Assembly: GCA_016287565.1 (NCBI GenBank)
Contig: JAEFAM010000001.1
Coordinates: 137,344 to 201,343 of the forward strand
Reading direction: 5' to 3'
Source: Clostridia bacterium
GTDB lineage: Bacteria > Bacillota > Clostridia > UBA1212 > UBA1255
Length of the DNA: 64,000 nt
Shown piece by piece: positions 42,387-52,135 of this stretch. Both the position numbers and the translations under genes were made by a program. Position 1 is the stretch's first letter, and every line of letters begins with the position of its first letter. The notes below the pieces were generated by a model. That model was not told the origin of the DNA, did not search any database, and worked only from the letters and a program-made list of their open reading frames with translations.

Positions 42387-43913
42387 ATGGTAGTAAAGAT
42401 TGCCTGTATTCTGGTATTTGCGGCGGTGACGGTGATCATCGGCATCGTCAGCAGTAAAAAAGTGCGGGGCGTAGGAGATTTCGTACTGGGCGGCAGAAAC
42501 GTAGGCCCCTGGTTTTCCGCGTTCGCCTTCGGCACCTCTTATTTCTCAGCAGTTATTTTCGTAGGCTACGCCGGCAAGTTCGGCTGGAGCTTCGGCGTTT
42601 CCGCCACCTGGATCGGCCTGGCCAACGCCCTCATCGGCAGCTGCCTGGCCTGGCTCGTTTTGGGCCGCAGGACCAGGATCATGACGAAGCACCTGGAAAC
42701 ATCCACCATGCCGGAGTTTTTTGAAAAACGCTACGGCAGCAAGGCCCTGAAGCTCACGGCCGCCATAATCATTTTCGTATTCCTCGTGCCCTATTCCGCG
42801 TCAATCTATAAAGGCCTTTCCGGCATATTCGAGATGGCGTTCAACATCAAATTCGAATACTGCATAATTGCCATGGCGGTATTGACCGCGGTGTACGTCA
42901 TACTCGGCGGATACGTTGCCGCGGCGCTCAACGATTTCATACAGGGCATCGTGATGCTCATCGGCATAGGCATCGTGGTCTATAAAGTGCTGGCGGGGCA
43001 GGGCGGATTCACCGCGGCCCTGGCGAAGCTTTCCACTCAGATCGCGGAGACTTCCGGAGGCACGCTGAACGGCGCTTTCGTGTCCTTCTTCGGGCCGGAT
43101 CCTCTGGGCCTGATCGCGGTCATGATATTGACCAGCCTGGGCACCTGGGGCCTTCCTCAGATGGTGCACAAGTTCTACTCCATAAGCGACGAGAAGGCCA
43201 TCAGAAAAGGCACGATCATATCCACGCTGTTTGCCGTGGTAGTCGCAGGCGGCTCATACTTTATGGGCGGCTTCGGGCGGCTGTACGTAGAGGCGGACGC
43301 GGCAACGGGCAATCCGGTCACCGGCTTTGACAGCATCGTTCCCACTATGTTGTCCGGCGCCCTTTCCGACCTGATGATCGGAATAATCGTTGTCCTGGTG
43401 TTGTCCGCGTCAATGTCCACGCTCTCTTCGCTGGTCATCTCTTCGTCTTCCACCGTTACGCTGGACCTGATCAAAGGGTTCATTGCCCCGAAGATGAGCG
43501 AGAAAAAACAGATGTGGACCATCCGCATACTTTGCGCCTTCTTTATCGTGCTTTCCGTGGTGCTGGCCATGGACAAAGGTTCTCTCATCTCCAACCTGAT
43601 GGCCATCTCCTGGGGCGCTCTTGCAGGCGCGTTCCTGGCGCCTTTCATGTACGGCCTGTTCAGCAAACGGGTCACGAAGGCGGCGGTCTGGGTCAGTTTC
43701 ATCGGAGGCGTGGGACTGGTGGTCTCGAACCTCATATTCAAATTCACGGACGGAACGGTGGCAGGCGCCCTGGCAATGGTCGGTACCCTCGTTATCGTGC
43801 CGCTGGTAAGCCTTATCACGCCGCGGATGGACAGGGATTACGTGGACAAATGCTTCGCCTGCTACGAGGAGCGCGCTGTTACCAAAGTCACGCACTCGCT
43901 GGAAGATCTGTGA
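42387..43913 (+). CDS. Sodium:solute symporter (SSS family) transporter.
   Basis: GRNVGPWFSAFAFGTSYFSAVIFVGYAG SSS signature. About 13 TM. RBS GGGAGGA. Confidence 0.85.
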   Translation: MVVKIACILVFAAVTVIIGIVSSKKVRGVGDFVLGGRNVGPWFSAFAFGTSYFSAVIFVGYAGKFGWSFGVSATWIGLANALIGSCLAWLVLGRRTRIMTKHLETSTMPEFFEKRYGSKALKLTAAIIIFVFLVPYSASIYKGLSGIFEMAFNIKFEYCIIAMAVLTAVYVILGGYVAAALNDFIQGIVMLIGIGIVVYKVLAGQGGFTAALAKLSTQIAETSGGTLNGAFVSFFGPDPLGLIAVMILTSLGTWGLPQMVHKFYSISDEKAIRKGTIISTLFAVVVAGGSYFMGGFGRLYVEADAATGNPVTGFDSIVPTMLSGALSDLMIGIIVVLVLSASMSTLSSLVISSSSTVTLDLIKGFIAPKMSEKKQMWTIRILCAFFIVLSVVLAMDKGSLISNLMAISWGALAGAFLAPFMYGLFSKRVTKAAVWVSFIGGVGLVVSNLIFKFTDGTVAGALAMVGTLVIVPLVSLITPRMDRDYVDKCFACYEERAVTKVTHSLEDL

Positions 43914-44013
43914 CGCGTTCGCGCCGGGAGCCTGACGCTTGCGCCGCAGCTCCGACCGAAATAGACCTTACTTTCGCCGGCGTTCCTGCGCCGAGCTGTT
44001 CCGGAGGTAGTAT

Positions 44014-45822
44014 ATGCTAAAACTGTTATTGGGAAACGAAGCCGTTGCCCAGGGCGCCTGGGAAGCGGGAGTGCACGTGGTGTCGTCCTATCCGGGCACG
44101 CCCAGCACCGAGATCACTGAAACGCTGGCAAAAATGAGCGGCGTGTATTGCGAATGGTCGCCCAACGAAAAAGTCAGCGCCGAAGTGGCCATAGGAGCTG
44201 CCATCGGAGGCGGACGGGCAATGTGCTGTATGAAGCACGTGGGGCTCAACGTGGCGGCAGACCCGCTGTTTACGTCATCCTACGCAGGCGTCAACGGAGG
44301 TCTGGTATTCGCGGTTGCCGACGATCCCGGCCTGTTCAGCTCACAGAACGACCAGGATTCACGGTTCTACGCGTTGTCCGCCCACGTTCCCATGCTGGAA
44401 CCCTCCGACAGCGCAGAGTGCCTGGAATACGCTAAAAAGGCCTTCGAGCTCAGCGAAAAATACGATACGCCCGTCATATTGAGATTGACCACCCGCGTGT
44501 CTCACTCCAGGAGCCCGGTAGAAGCGGGAGAAAGAACGCCCGTACCGAAAAAACCCTATAAAAAAGACATACAGAAGTACGTAATGATGCCCGGAATGGC
44601 AAAAAAGCGCCAGGCCGTCGTCAAGGAGCGCGACCGGATCCTCACGGAAACGGCCAACGAATGGACGCGGCTGGAGAATCCCGGCCGGAAGCTGGGCATA
44701 ATCACCTCCGGCATCTGCTACCAGTACGTAAAAGAAGTGTTCCCCGAGGCTTCCGTGCTGAAACTGGGCATGATATATCCGCTTCCGGAAAAGGCCATCA
44801 GAGACTTCGCGGCAACCGTGGAAGAACTGCTGGTAGTGGAAGAACTGGAACCGTATATCGAGAATTTCGTCAGGCAGCTGGGCATCACCGGCGTGGAGGG
44901 CAAGAAATATTTCACTCCTCTGGGGGAACTTGGCACCGAGAAGATCAGGCAGGCATATTACGGCACAGTCACTCCCGCAGCGAAAACCGGCGAAGAGTCC
45001 GGGCTCAGCCCCGATGACGCGCCCATGAGGCCTCCTACGCTCTGCCCCGGCTGTCCTCACAGAGGCGTGTTCTATACGCTTTCCCAGCTGAAGCTCAGGG
45101 TCACCGGCGACATCGGCTGCTACACTTTAGGCGCCGCGGCCCCTTATAAGGCTATGGACGCCTGCATCTGCATGGGCGCTTCGATAGGCATGTCCCACGG
45201 CATGGAAAAGGCCGAAGCGGCTGCGAGAGCGGAAGCGGCGGCAGCGGAAGGCGCGGGCGCAGGAACTTCCGACGGAGAGGACAACGTTCCGGGCACCGTG
45301 GCGGTCATCGGCGACTCCACCTTTATGCACTCCGGCATAACGGGCCTGGTCAATATCGTTTACAACAAAGGCGCATCCACCGTCATCATTCTTGACAACT
45401 CCATCACCGGCATGACGGGCCATCAGCAGAATCCCACCACTGGCAAGACGATCCGCATGGAGGACACGTATCCCGTTGACCTGACGCTTCTGTGCAAGTC
45501 CGTGGGCGTGAACCGCGTGCGGGTGGAAGACCCCTTCGACCTTAAGAAGTTCCGCAAAGCGGTGCAGGAAGAGATCGCCGCGCCGGAGCCCTCCGTCATT
45601 ATCGCACAGAGGCCCTGCGCGTTGCTGAAAGGCGTAAAATACGGGGCGCCTGTGTTTATCGACACGGAAAAATGCCGTAAATGCGGTGCCTGCATGCGCG
45701 TGGGCTGCCCGGCCATCATAAAGGGCGAAAGCGGCATGCGCATCGACCGCTCATTGTGCGCAGGCTGTGAATTCTGTTCGCAGATGTGCGCTTTCGGCGC
45801 CATCCGGAAGGAGGCAGAGTGA
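44014..45822 (+). CDS. iorA: Indolepyruvate:ferredoxin oxidoreductase alpha subunit.
   Basis: MLKLLLGNEAVAQGAWEAGV...SYPGTPSTEI TPP-enzyme N-terminus. C-terminal 2x[4Fe-4S] CRKCGACMRVGCP...CAGCEFCSQMC. Confidence 0.85.
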   Translation: MLKLLLGNEAVAQGAWEAGVHVVSSYPGTPSTEITETLAKMSGVYCEWSPNEKVSAEVAIGAAIGGGRAMCCMKHVGLNVAADPLFTSSYAGVNGGLVFAVADDPGLFSSQNDQDSRFYALSAHVPMLEPSDSAECLEYAKKAFELSEKYDTPVILRLTTRVSHSRSPVEAGERTPVPKKPYKKDIQKYVMMPGMAKKRQAVVKERDRILTETANEWTRLENPGRKLGIITSGICYQYVKEVFPEASVLKLGMIYPLPEKAIRDFAATVEELLVVEELEPYIENFVRQLGITGVEGKKYFTPLGELGTEKIRQAYYGTVTPAAKTGEESGLSPDDAPMRPPTLCPGCPHRGVFYTLSQLKLRVTGDIGCYTLGAAAPYKAMDACICMGASIGMSHGMEKAEAAARAEAAAAEGAGAGTSDGEDNVPGTVAVIGDSTFMHSGITGLVNIVYNKGASTVIILDNSITGMTGHQQNPTTGKTIRMEDTYPVDLTLLCKSVGVNRVRVEDPFDLKKFRKAVQEEIAAPEPSVIIAQRPCALLKGVKYGAPVFIDTEKCRKCGACMRVGCPAIIKGESGMRIDRSLCAGCEFCSQMCAFGAIRKEAE

Positions 45823-46403
45823 TGAATATCGACGATCTTAACATTCTGATAATCGGCGTCGGAGGCCAGGGAACGCTGCTGGCGTCAAGGTTTTTAGGCG
45901 ACGTTGCCCTCAGGCTGGGCAAGGACGTGAAGGTCTCCGAGGTGCACGGCATGTCCCAGCGCGGCGGCAGCGTGGAGACCTGCGTGCGCATCGGCAAGAA
46001 CATCGCTTCTCCCATAATCGACCGGGGCATGGCCGACGTGATATTGTCCTTCGAGAGCGTGGAGGCGCTGCGGGCGCTGGATTATCTGAAGCCCGGCGGC
46101 CTGGTGATAATGAATACGCAGGAGATATTGCCTATGCCCGTGGTGTCCGGAACGGCAACTTATCCGGAAAACGTGCCCGAGCGCCTGAAAGGCGGCAATT
46201 TCCGGGTCACGGCGCTGGACGCGTTGTCCGCCGCCGAAAAATGCGGCAGCGTGAAATGCGTCAACGTGGTGCTCCTGGGCGTGTTGTCCGCGGCAATACC
46301 CGAGATCCCCGCCGAGGTCTGGAACGAGGCCCTTTTAAGCGTGGTCCCGCCGAAACTGCTGGACGTGAACAAAAAGGCGTTCGAACTGGGACGCGGAATA
46401 TAG
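45822..46403 (+). CDS. iorB: Indolepyruvate:ferredoxin oxidoreductase beta subunit.
   Basis: MNIDDLNILIIGVGGQGTLLASRFLG POR gamma-like domain. ATG overlaps the iorA stop. Confidence 0.85.
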   Translation: MNIDDLNILIIGVGGQGTLLASRFLGDVALRLGKDVKVSEVHGMSQRGGSVETCVRIGKNIASPIIDRGMADVILSFESVEALRALDYLKPGGLVIMNTQEILPMPVVSGTATYPENVPERLKGGNFRVTALDALSAAEKCGSVKCVNVVLLGVLSAAIPEIPAEVWNEALLSVVPPKLLDVNKKAFELGRGI

Positions 46404-46432
46404 TGTGGGATTTGGCGTACTATAATTAAAGA

Positions 46433-47155
46433 TCACCCTGCGGACAGCCGCTCCAGCGCCTCCGAGATCCGGCTTTTGACCAGCTCGGCCACCTCTTTGG
46501 GCTTCAGCCCGCGATATTCTTCATAATAAATGGGGTCAAGATATTCGATCGCGCAGGTGACGCGCCGGAGCCCTTTGGCGTTGAACGGCTTGTACGTGTC
46601 GTACAGGCAGACCGGCACGATGGGGCAGCCGGTGTTAAGCGGGATCCGCATGCAGCCAGAGTGAAATTTGTACAGAGAATTGCGCTTAGAATCGTCGTAG
46701 ATCCCTTCCGGGAAAATGATATAATTGCGCCCTTCCGTCACTGCGGTCTCGATCTCGCTGATGGCCTTAAGCGCCGCGCGCCTGTTGGTCTTGTCGATGG
46801 GTTTCGCGTCAAGCGCCTTGAAAACGCTGTTTATTGGGAACACGTTCTCCCGCTTCGCGTCCGGCGCGAAGGACAATGGCCTGTCTGAGGACGCCAGGAT
46901 TCCTATCCCGTCGTACCGCCCCTGATGGTTGGCGAACAGCACGAACCCGTCTTTCTCGGGCAATCTCTCCATCCCGCTCGATTTCAGCGTGATCCTCGAT
47001 TTTTTACTTATAACGAACGCCGCCCGCCTTGCCGCCGAGTACCTCTTTTCCAGCGGGACTCCCGGTTTCGCCGTCTTTTTTATGCTGAAATAGAGTATAA
47101 AAACCCAGTGCAAATTAAACACGAACAAAAACACAAATCTGGTCAACGAGGTCAC
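46433..47155 (-). CDS. plsC: Lysophospholipid acyltransferase (PlsC-like).
   Basis: FANHQGRYDG (HX4D-type) and FPEG motifs. N-terminal TM. The exact start is uncertain. Confidence 0.7.
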   Translation of the reverse strand: MTSLTRFVFLFVFNLHWVFILYFSIKKTAKPGVPLEKRYSAARRAAFVISKKSRITLKSSGMERLPEKDGFVLFANHQGRYDGIGILASSDRPLSFAPDAKRENVFPINSVFKALDAKPIDKTNRRAALKAISEIETAVTEGRNYIIFPEGIYDDSKRNSLYKFHSGCMRIPLNTGCPIVPVCLYDTYKPFNAKGLRRVTCAIEYLDPIYYEEYRGLKPKEVAELVKSRISEALERLSAG

Positions 47156-47418
47156 CTTCTTCCGGCGCGTTTTCGGGCAATGGCTGCTCCGCCGCGGCTA
47201 CGGCGTATTTTATAGAAAAAGCGGAACGATTTCAAGAGCGGAACGGTGGACAGGTTTCCGTGGCATCCGTTTCATACTTAACCGTCGGGCAGCATTGTCC
47301 ATGACGGACAAAATCGTGACTGCCGTTCATTTTGTTTTTCCTGAAGTCCTGTGCTATAATTCACCCAGACCGAATCCGCAAAGGAAACAGACAGAACCCG
47401 CAAAGGAGATTGCCGCGT

Positions 47419-49713
47419 ATGAGTCATTGGATCCGCACCGTATCAAAACCGGTTGACACACATTTTTACTATTTCAAAAAAGAGATCGAGCTGGACTTCG
47501 AGCCGTTGTCCGTCCGGTCGGTCTGCATCAAGGTCTGCGCAGATTCACGCTACCGCCTGTACGTAAACGGCGCATTCGCGGGAGAGGGACCTTGCCAGGG
47601 CTCGGAATATTCCAGGTATTACGAGACTTACACCGAAAAAGAGATATTGCCGCTGCTCCGGCGCGGAAAAAACGAGTTCTGCCTGAAGGTCCTGCATCTG
47701 GAAGAAAATTCGTTTATCTCCATATATAAAAGATCTCGGCCCGCGATGTGGCTCGAAGGCGAGATAAATTACGTTCTCGACTGTCAGGAGAGTCCGGGAA
47801 ATACCGGGAAATATGATTTCGGGTCCGACGACAGCTGGACCTGTATGAGGGACGACAGCGTTACTTTCCGCCATTTCCCCGGGATACACATTTCCGTTGC
47901 CCCGGGAGAAGAGCATTGGGGAGACCCGAAGCTTGAGCCGGAGGCGATACAGCGGTTCGAAACGCCTTCGCCGGGAGGCTACAACATTTTCGGCCTGGCG
48001 GACGCATATCCGCTGGAAGAAAGGCCGGTGCCCCAGCTGGAATACGGCGAAGAAAAAGAATTTGCGCTTGCCCGGAAAGGCGAGAATTTCGAAGAATACG
48101 ACGCGGGAGTGTACACCACGGCATTGCCCACGCTTAAGCTGAGAGGCACGCCCGGGGCAACGGTAAAGCTCACATACAGCGAGAGCTACCTTGTCCGCAA
48201 CGAAAAAGGGGAGCTCTATAAAGGCCTCAGGGACGCGGTATATACCGATCCGGAGGCGGTGTTCAGCGGCGACAGAGTGGTGTACGACGTTGTCCATATA
48301 CCCGAAAGCGGCGCGGCGGAATTTACGCCTTTCTGGTACAAGGCCTTCAGATTCGTACGGCTGGACGTCAGCGGGGGAGAGATAAGCGTTGACCGGTTCA
48401 GCTACCGGCCCTGCTTCTACCCGTTCCCTCAGGAAGGTTACTTCAGGAGCTCCGACGACCGCTTTGAAGAGATGTGGAAGGTCAGCGTGAACACCGTCAA
48501 ATGCTGCGCCCACGAGATATACGTCGACTGCCCCTATTATGAGCAGCAGGAATACGACATGGACAGCTGCCTCGAAATGCTGTTCACCCAGCGCATGATC
48601 TCCGACCCCAGGCTCCCATTAAAAGGCGTCACCGACCTGGCCAGATCACAGATATTCAACGGCATGCTGCAGGCCAACTATCCTTCCACGATGACCCAGA
48701 TCATCCCTAATTTCACGCTGTTCTGGGTGATAATGCTGCGCGAATACGTTAGATACGCACCGGCCACTGCGGCAACGGTCCGGCAGGTCTCTTCTTTCCT
48801 CGGCACCGTGGACAAGGCTCTGGAGGCCTTCGAGATATTCAGGGACCGGGACAATTACGGCCTGGCAGGCGCCAATCCCTACTGGAACTTCGTTGACTGG
48901 GTCCCCGGCTGGCCCGTCGGCATCACCCCCGGAGGCCTCGAAGGCGAACCGCTCACGGTATCGTCAATGATGTTCACCGCCGCCCTCAGAAACGCCGCCG
49001 AGATCGCCGAATACTGCGGCCGCTCCGCCAGAGCCGCCGAATACAGGAGCAGAGCCGAAGAGATGGCAGCCGTCATCCGCGAAAGATGCTACGACGCCGA
49101 AGCCGGTCTGTTCCGCAACACGCCGTCCAGAAGAGAATTCAGCGAACACACCGCGCTCTGGGCCGTGCTGGCTGACGTGGTCACCGGCGAAGATGCAAGA
49201 AAACTGATGGAACGCACGCTGGAAGACCGCCCGGATATGGCCAGATGCAGCTTCTCTATGGGATTTTTCCTGTTCCGGGCGATCGAAAAAGCAGGCGTTT
49301 ACGACAAATACGCTCCGAAACTCCTTGCCGGCTGGCAGCGGATGCTGGACAACCACTGCACCACCTGGTGCGAGAATCCCGACAGCCCCCGCAGCGAATG
49401 CCACGGCTGGAGCTCCGCGCCCGCCTACGAACTTTCCGCCCTGGTGCTGGGCGCCTTCCCGGCGGAAGACGGCTACAAAAAGCTTCGGATCCGTCCCCAT
49501 CTGTTCACATACGGTACCGAATGGGCCGAAGGCGCCGTTCCCACGCCATACGGCCTTGTCCGCATCTCCCTTCGCAGGGAGGCTGCAGCGGAACAGGAAC
49601 CTGAATCTGGCGCGGCGAAACGGTTTTCTATCGACGTAAAGTTCCCCGACGGCAGCACGTTCGGCAAGAGCGGCTGCGTTGACGGAGACGAATTCCTGTT
49701 CCGGCTGGGCTGA
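47419..49713 (+). CDS. Six-hairpin glycosidase, alpha-L-rhamnosidase (GH78)-like.
   Basis: N-terminal bacterial-rhamnosidase-like block (SVCIKVCADSRYRLYVNGAFAGEGP) and VDCPYYEQQEY in place of GH78 DCPxRE. Family assignment is tentative. Confidence 0.65.
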   Translation: MSHWIRTVSKPVDTHFYYFKKEIELDFEPLSVRSVCIKVCADSRYRLYVNGAFAGEGPCQGSEYSRYYETYTEKEILPLLRRGKNEFCLKVLHLEENSFISIYKRSRPAMWLEGEINYVLDCQESPGNTGKYDFGSDDSWTCMRDDSVTFRHFPGIHISVAPGEEHWGDPKLEPEAIQRFETPSPGGYNIFGLADAYPLEERPVPQLEYGEEKEFALARKGENFEEYDAGVYTTALPTLKLRGTPGATVKLTYSESYLVRNEKGELYKGLRDAVYTDPEAVFSGDRVVYDVVHIPESGAAEFTPFWYKAFRFVRLDVSGGEISVDRFSYRPCFYPFPQEGYFRSSDDRFEEMWKVSVNTVKCCAHEIYVDCPYYEQQEYDMDSCLEMLFTQRMISDPRLPLKGVTDLARSQIFNGMLQANYPSTMTQIIPNFTLFWVIMLREYVRYAPATAATVRQVSSFLGTVDKALEAFEIFRDRDNYGLAGANPYWNFVDWVPGWPVGITPGGLEGEPLTVSSMMFTAALRNAAEIAEYCGRSARAAEYRSRAEEMAAVIRERCYDAEAGLFRNTPSRREFSEHTALWAVLADVVTGEDARKLMERTLEDRPDMARCSFSMGFFLFRAIEKAGVYDKYAPKLLAGWQRMLDNHCTTWCENPDSPRSECHGWSSAPAYELSALVLGAFPAEDGYKKLRIRPHLFTYGTEWAEGAVPTPYGLVRISLRREAAAEQEPESGAAKRFSIDVKFPDGSTFGKSGCVDGDEFLFRLG

Positions 49714-49732
49714 GCGGCGGAGGAGAAAAAGG

Positions 49733-51073
49733 ATGTCCCAGACGTTGTCCGTGATAATAAAAGTGTTGAGCGTCATATCCACGGTGGTGACGGTACTGTA
49801 CCTGCCCAAAGCCCTGTATATGATCGTGGGCTTTTTCAAGACACGCAAATTTCCCCCTGCGAAAAACCTGCATAAATACGCCATACTGATCGCCGCCCGG
49901 AACGAATCCGCGGTGATCGGCAGCCTCTTGGACAGCATTAGGAAGCAGGATTATCCGGAAAAAGTGCCCGTGTTCGTGGTGGCGGACAACTGCACCGACG
50001 ATACGGCCCGGATCGCCAGGGAAAGTGGCGCGATCTGCTACGAGCGCACGGACCCGGACCACCGCACGAAAGGCTACGCGCTCCAGTTCCTGCTGGAAAA
50101 CATATACAGAGACTACGGCCGGGACGCCTTCGAGGGTTATTTCCTGTTCGACGCGGACAATCTCCTGCGCTCCGATTACATCTCCCGCATGAACGACGCC
50201 TTCGACGCCGGGGAGAAGATCATCACCTCATACCGCAACACCAAAAATTACGACGACAACTGCATTTCTTCTTCCTACGCCATCCACTGGATGCGCACGA
50301 TCCGCAACACCAACAGGGGCATCTCCGTGCTGAAACTCACCACGCGCCTCCAGGGCACCGGCTTCCTGTTCGCCGCCGAGGCCATCGAAAAGCGCGGCTG
50401 GACCTACACCTCCCTTACCGAGGACAGGGCCTTCAGCGCGGACGCGGTAAGCGACGGATTCAGGATAACCTACCAGAACGACGCAGAATTTTACGACGAA
50501 CAGCCTACGGTGCTCAGGCAGGTGCTGCGCCAGAGGATCCGCTGGGCCAAGGGACACATCCAGGCCTTTTTCGAGACCGGCGGCAAGCTTTTCCTGAACG
50601 TCTTCCGGCGACCCTTCTCCGTCAAGAATTATTGCAATTACGATATGCTGCTGACCGTGTTTCCCCGGGAGCTTTTTTCCATTTTCAGAAAGCTTCTGGT
50701 GTTCATATTGCGGATCGTCATCATAGTGCTGGCGGGATTCGCCTGGGGCCCGGTATGGGGCGTACTGGGAGGCATCGGCATCAACTTTCTGACCTCCTGG
50801 GGCACGGGTATGGCAATGGCGGCGTACGTCGTCATTATAGAGCACAAGCACATACCGAAATTGCCCTGGTACCGCCATCTGTGGCACATATTTATGTTCC
50901 CGCTTTTCGAGGTCATCGGCAAGTGGTCGATGATCATTGCCCTCTTTATGAAGGTGGAGTGGAAGCCCATCTACCATAACAGGAACATAAGCATCGAAGA
51001 GGCGGCGGGGGGCAATGCTGCCGGGTCCGGAACCGGGGCGGACAAGGGCGAAGGCAAAGAGGATCACCGGTAA
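49733..51073 (+). CDS. Membrane-embedded family-2 glycosyltransferase (processive, cellulose-synthase-like architecture).
   Basis: N-terminal TM, then YAILIAARNESAVIG...VFVVADNCTDDT, FDADN, QRIRWAKG (QxxRW) motifs. C-terminal TM bundle. RBS GGAGGAG. Confidence 0.8.
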   Translation: MSQTLSVIIKVLSVISTVVTVLYLPKALYMIVGFFKTRKFPPAKNLHKYAILIAARNESAVIGSLLDSIRKQDYPEKVPVFVVADNCTDDTARIARESGAICYERTDPDHRTKGYALQFLLENIYRDYGRDAFEGYFLFDADNLLRSDYISRMNDAFDAGEKIITSYRNTKNYDDNCISSSYAIHWMRTIRNTNRGISVLKLTTRLQGTGFLFAAEAIEKRGWTYTSLTEDRAFSADAVSDGFRITYQNDAEFYDEQPTVLRQVLRQRIRWAKGHIQAFFETGGKLFLNVFRRPFSVKNYCNYDMLLTVFPRELFSIFRKLLVFILRIVIIVLAGFAWGPVWGVLGGIGINFLTSWGTGMAMAAYVVIIEHKHIPKLPWYRHLWHIFMFPLFEVIGKWSMIIALFMKVEWKPIYHNRNISIEEAAGGNAAGSGTGADKGEGKEDHR

Positions 51074-51152
51074 AAAGCATTTCAATTTGCGCGGTTTTAC
51101 GCTATAATAATACGCGTCGATAATATTTAACGATTTCACGGAGGTTGTTCAT

Positions 51153-51500
51153 ATGTCTAAAGGTTTCAGAGGCGGATTCGGTCAGAGGAGCGGCAGCGGC
51201 GGCAACAATATGCAGAAAATGATGCAGCAGGCCCAGCAGCTTCAGCGCGAGATGGAAAAGGAGCAGGCTGAACTTTCGGAAACGGAGTTCGAAGGAACCT
51301 CCGGCGGCGGAATGGTGAAAGTGACCATGACCGGCGCACATAAAGTCACGGCAATCGAGATCAAGCCCGAAGTGGTTGACCCGGACGACGTGGAAATGCT
51401 GGAAGATCTTATATTGACCGCCCTCAACGATTGCGGCGAGAAGATCGACGAAGCGAATCAGGAGAAGATGGGCAAGTACACACAGGGACTTCCTTTCTGA
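51153..51500 (+). CDS. ybaB: YbaB/EbfC nucleoid-associated protein.
   Basis: 115 aa. ...MQKMMQQAQQLQREMEKEQAEL...GGGMVKVTMTGAHKVTAIEI pattern. Confidence 0.85.
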   Translation: MSKGFRGGFGQRSGSGGNNMQKMMQQAQQLQREMEKEQAELSETEFEGTSGGGMVKVTMTGAHKVTAIEIKPEVVDPDDVEMLEDLILTALNDCGEKIDEANQEKMGKYTQGLPF

Positions 51501-51529
51501 TGCCGCGATAGGGGCGGCAGGGTGCTGCG

Positions 51530-52126
51530 ATGAGCGTTTACGGTGCGTCTGTAACAAAATTGATCGAAAAATTCGAATCCCTGCCCGGCGTGGGACACAA
51601 AAGCGCCGAGCGCATGGCGTTCTATCTTATGCGCAAGAGCGAAGAAGAAGTTAAAGACTTCGCCCAGGCCATATACGACGCCAGAAAACAGCTGAAATTC
51701 TGCACTGTCTGCCAGAATATGTCCGACAAGGACGTCTGCGACATATGCGGCAACGCCTCCCGCAACAAAAGCATCATCTGCGTGGTCCAGGACCCCAAGG
51801 ACGTGCAGGCCATCGAGCGGTCGAGGGAGTTCAACGGCACATACCACGTGCTCCACGGAAAGATATCGCCCATGAGCGGCGTTGGCCCCGACGACATACG
51901 CATCAAGGAGCTTCTGGCAAGGCTGGACGGAACGGTTAAAGAAGTGATCGTTGCCACCAACTCCGACGTGGAAGGGGAGGCGACGGCAATGTACATCGCC
52001 CGGCTGGTCAAACCCCTCGGCGTGACCGCCACCCGCATCGCCCGGGGCCTTCCCGTGGGAGGCGACCTGGAGTACGCGGACGACGTGACGCTGGGCGCGG
52101 CAATAGAGCATCGCGTGGAGATCTGA
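51530..52126 (+). CDS. recR: Recombination protein RecR.
   Basis: LIEKFESLPGVGHKSAERMAFYL HhH. C4 zinc finger CTVCQN...CDICGN. Toprim domain. Confidence 0.9.
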   Translation: MSVYGASVTKLIEKFESLPGVGHKSAERMAFYLMRKSEEEVKDFAQAIYDARKQLKFCTVCQNMSDKDVCDICGNASRNKSIICVVQDPKDVQAIERSREFNGTYHVLHGKISPMSGVGPDDIRIKELLARLDGTVKEVIVATNSDVEGEATAMYIARLVKPLGVTATRIARGLPVGGDLEYADDVTLGAAIEHRVEI

Positions 52127-52135
52127 GGTCCCTGA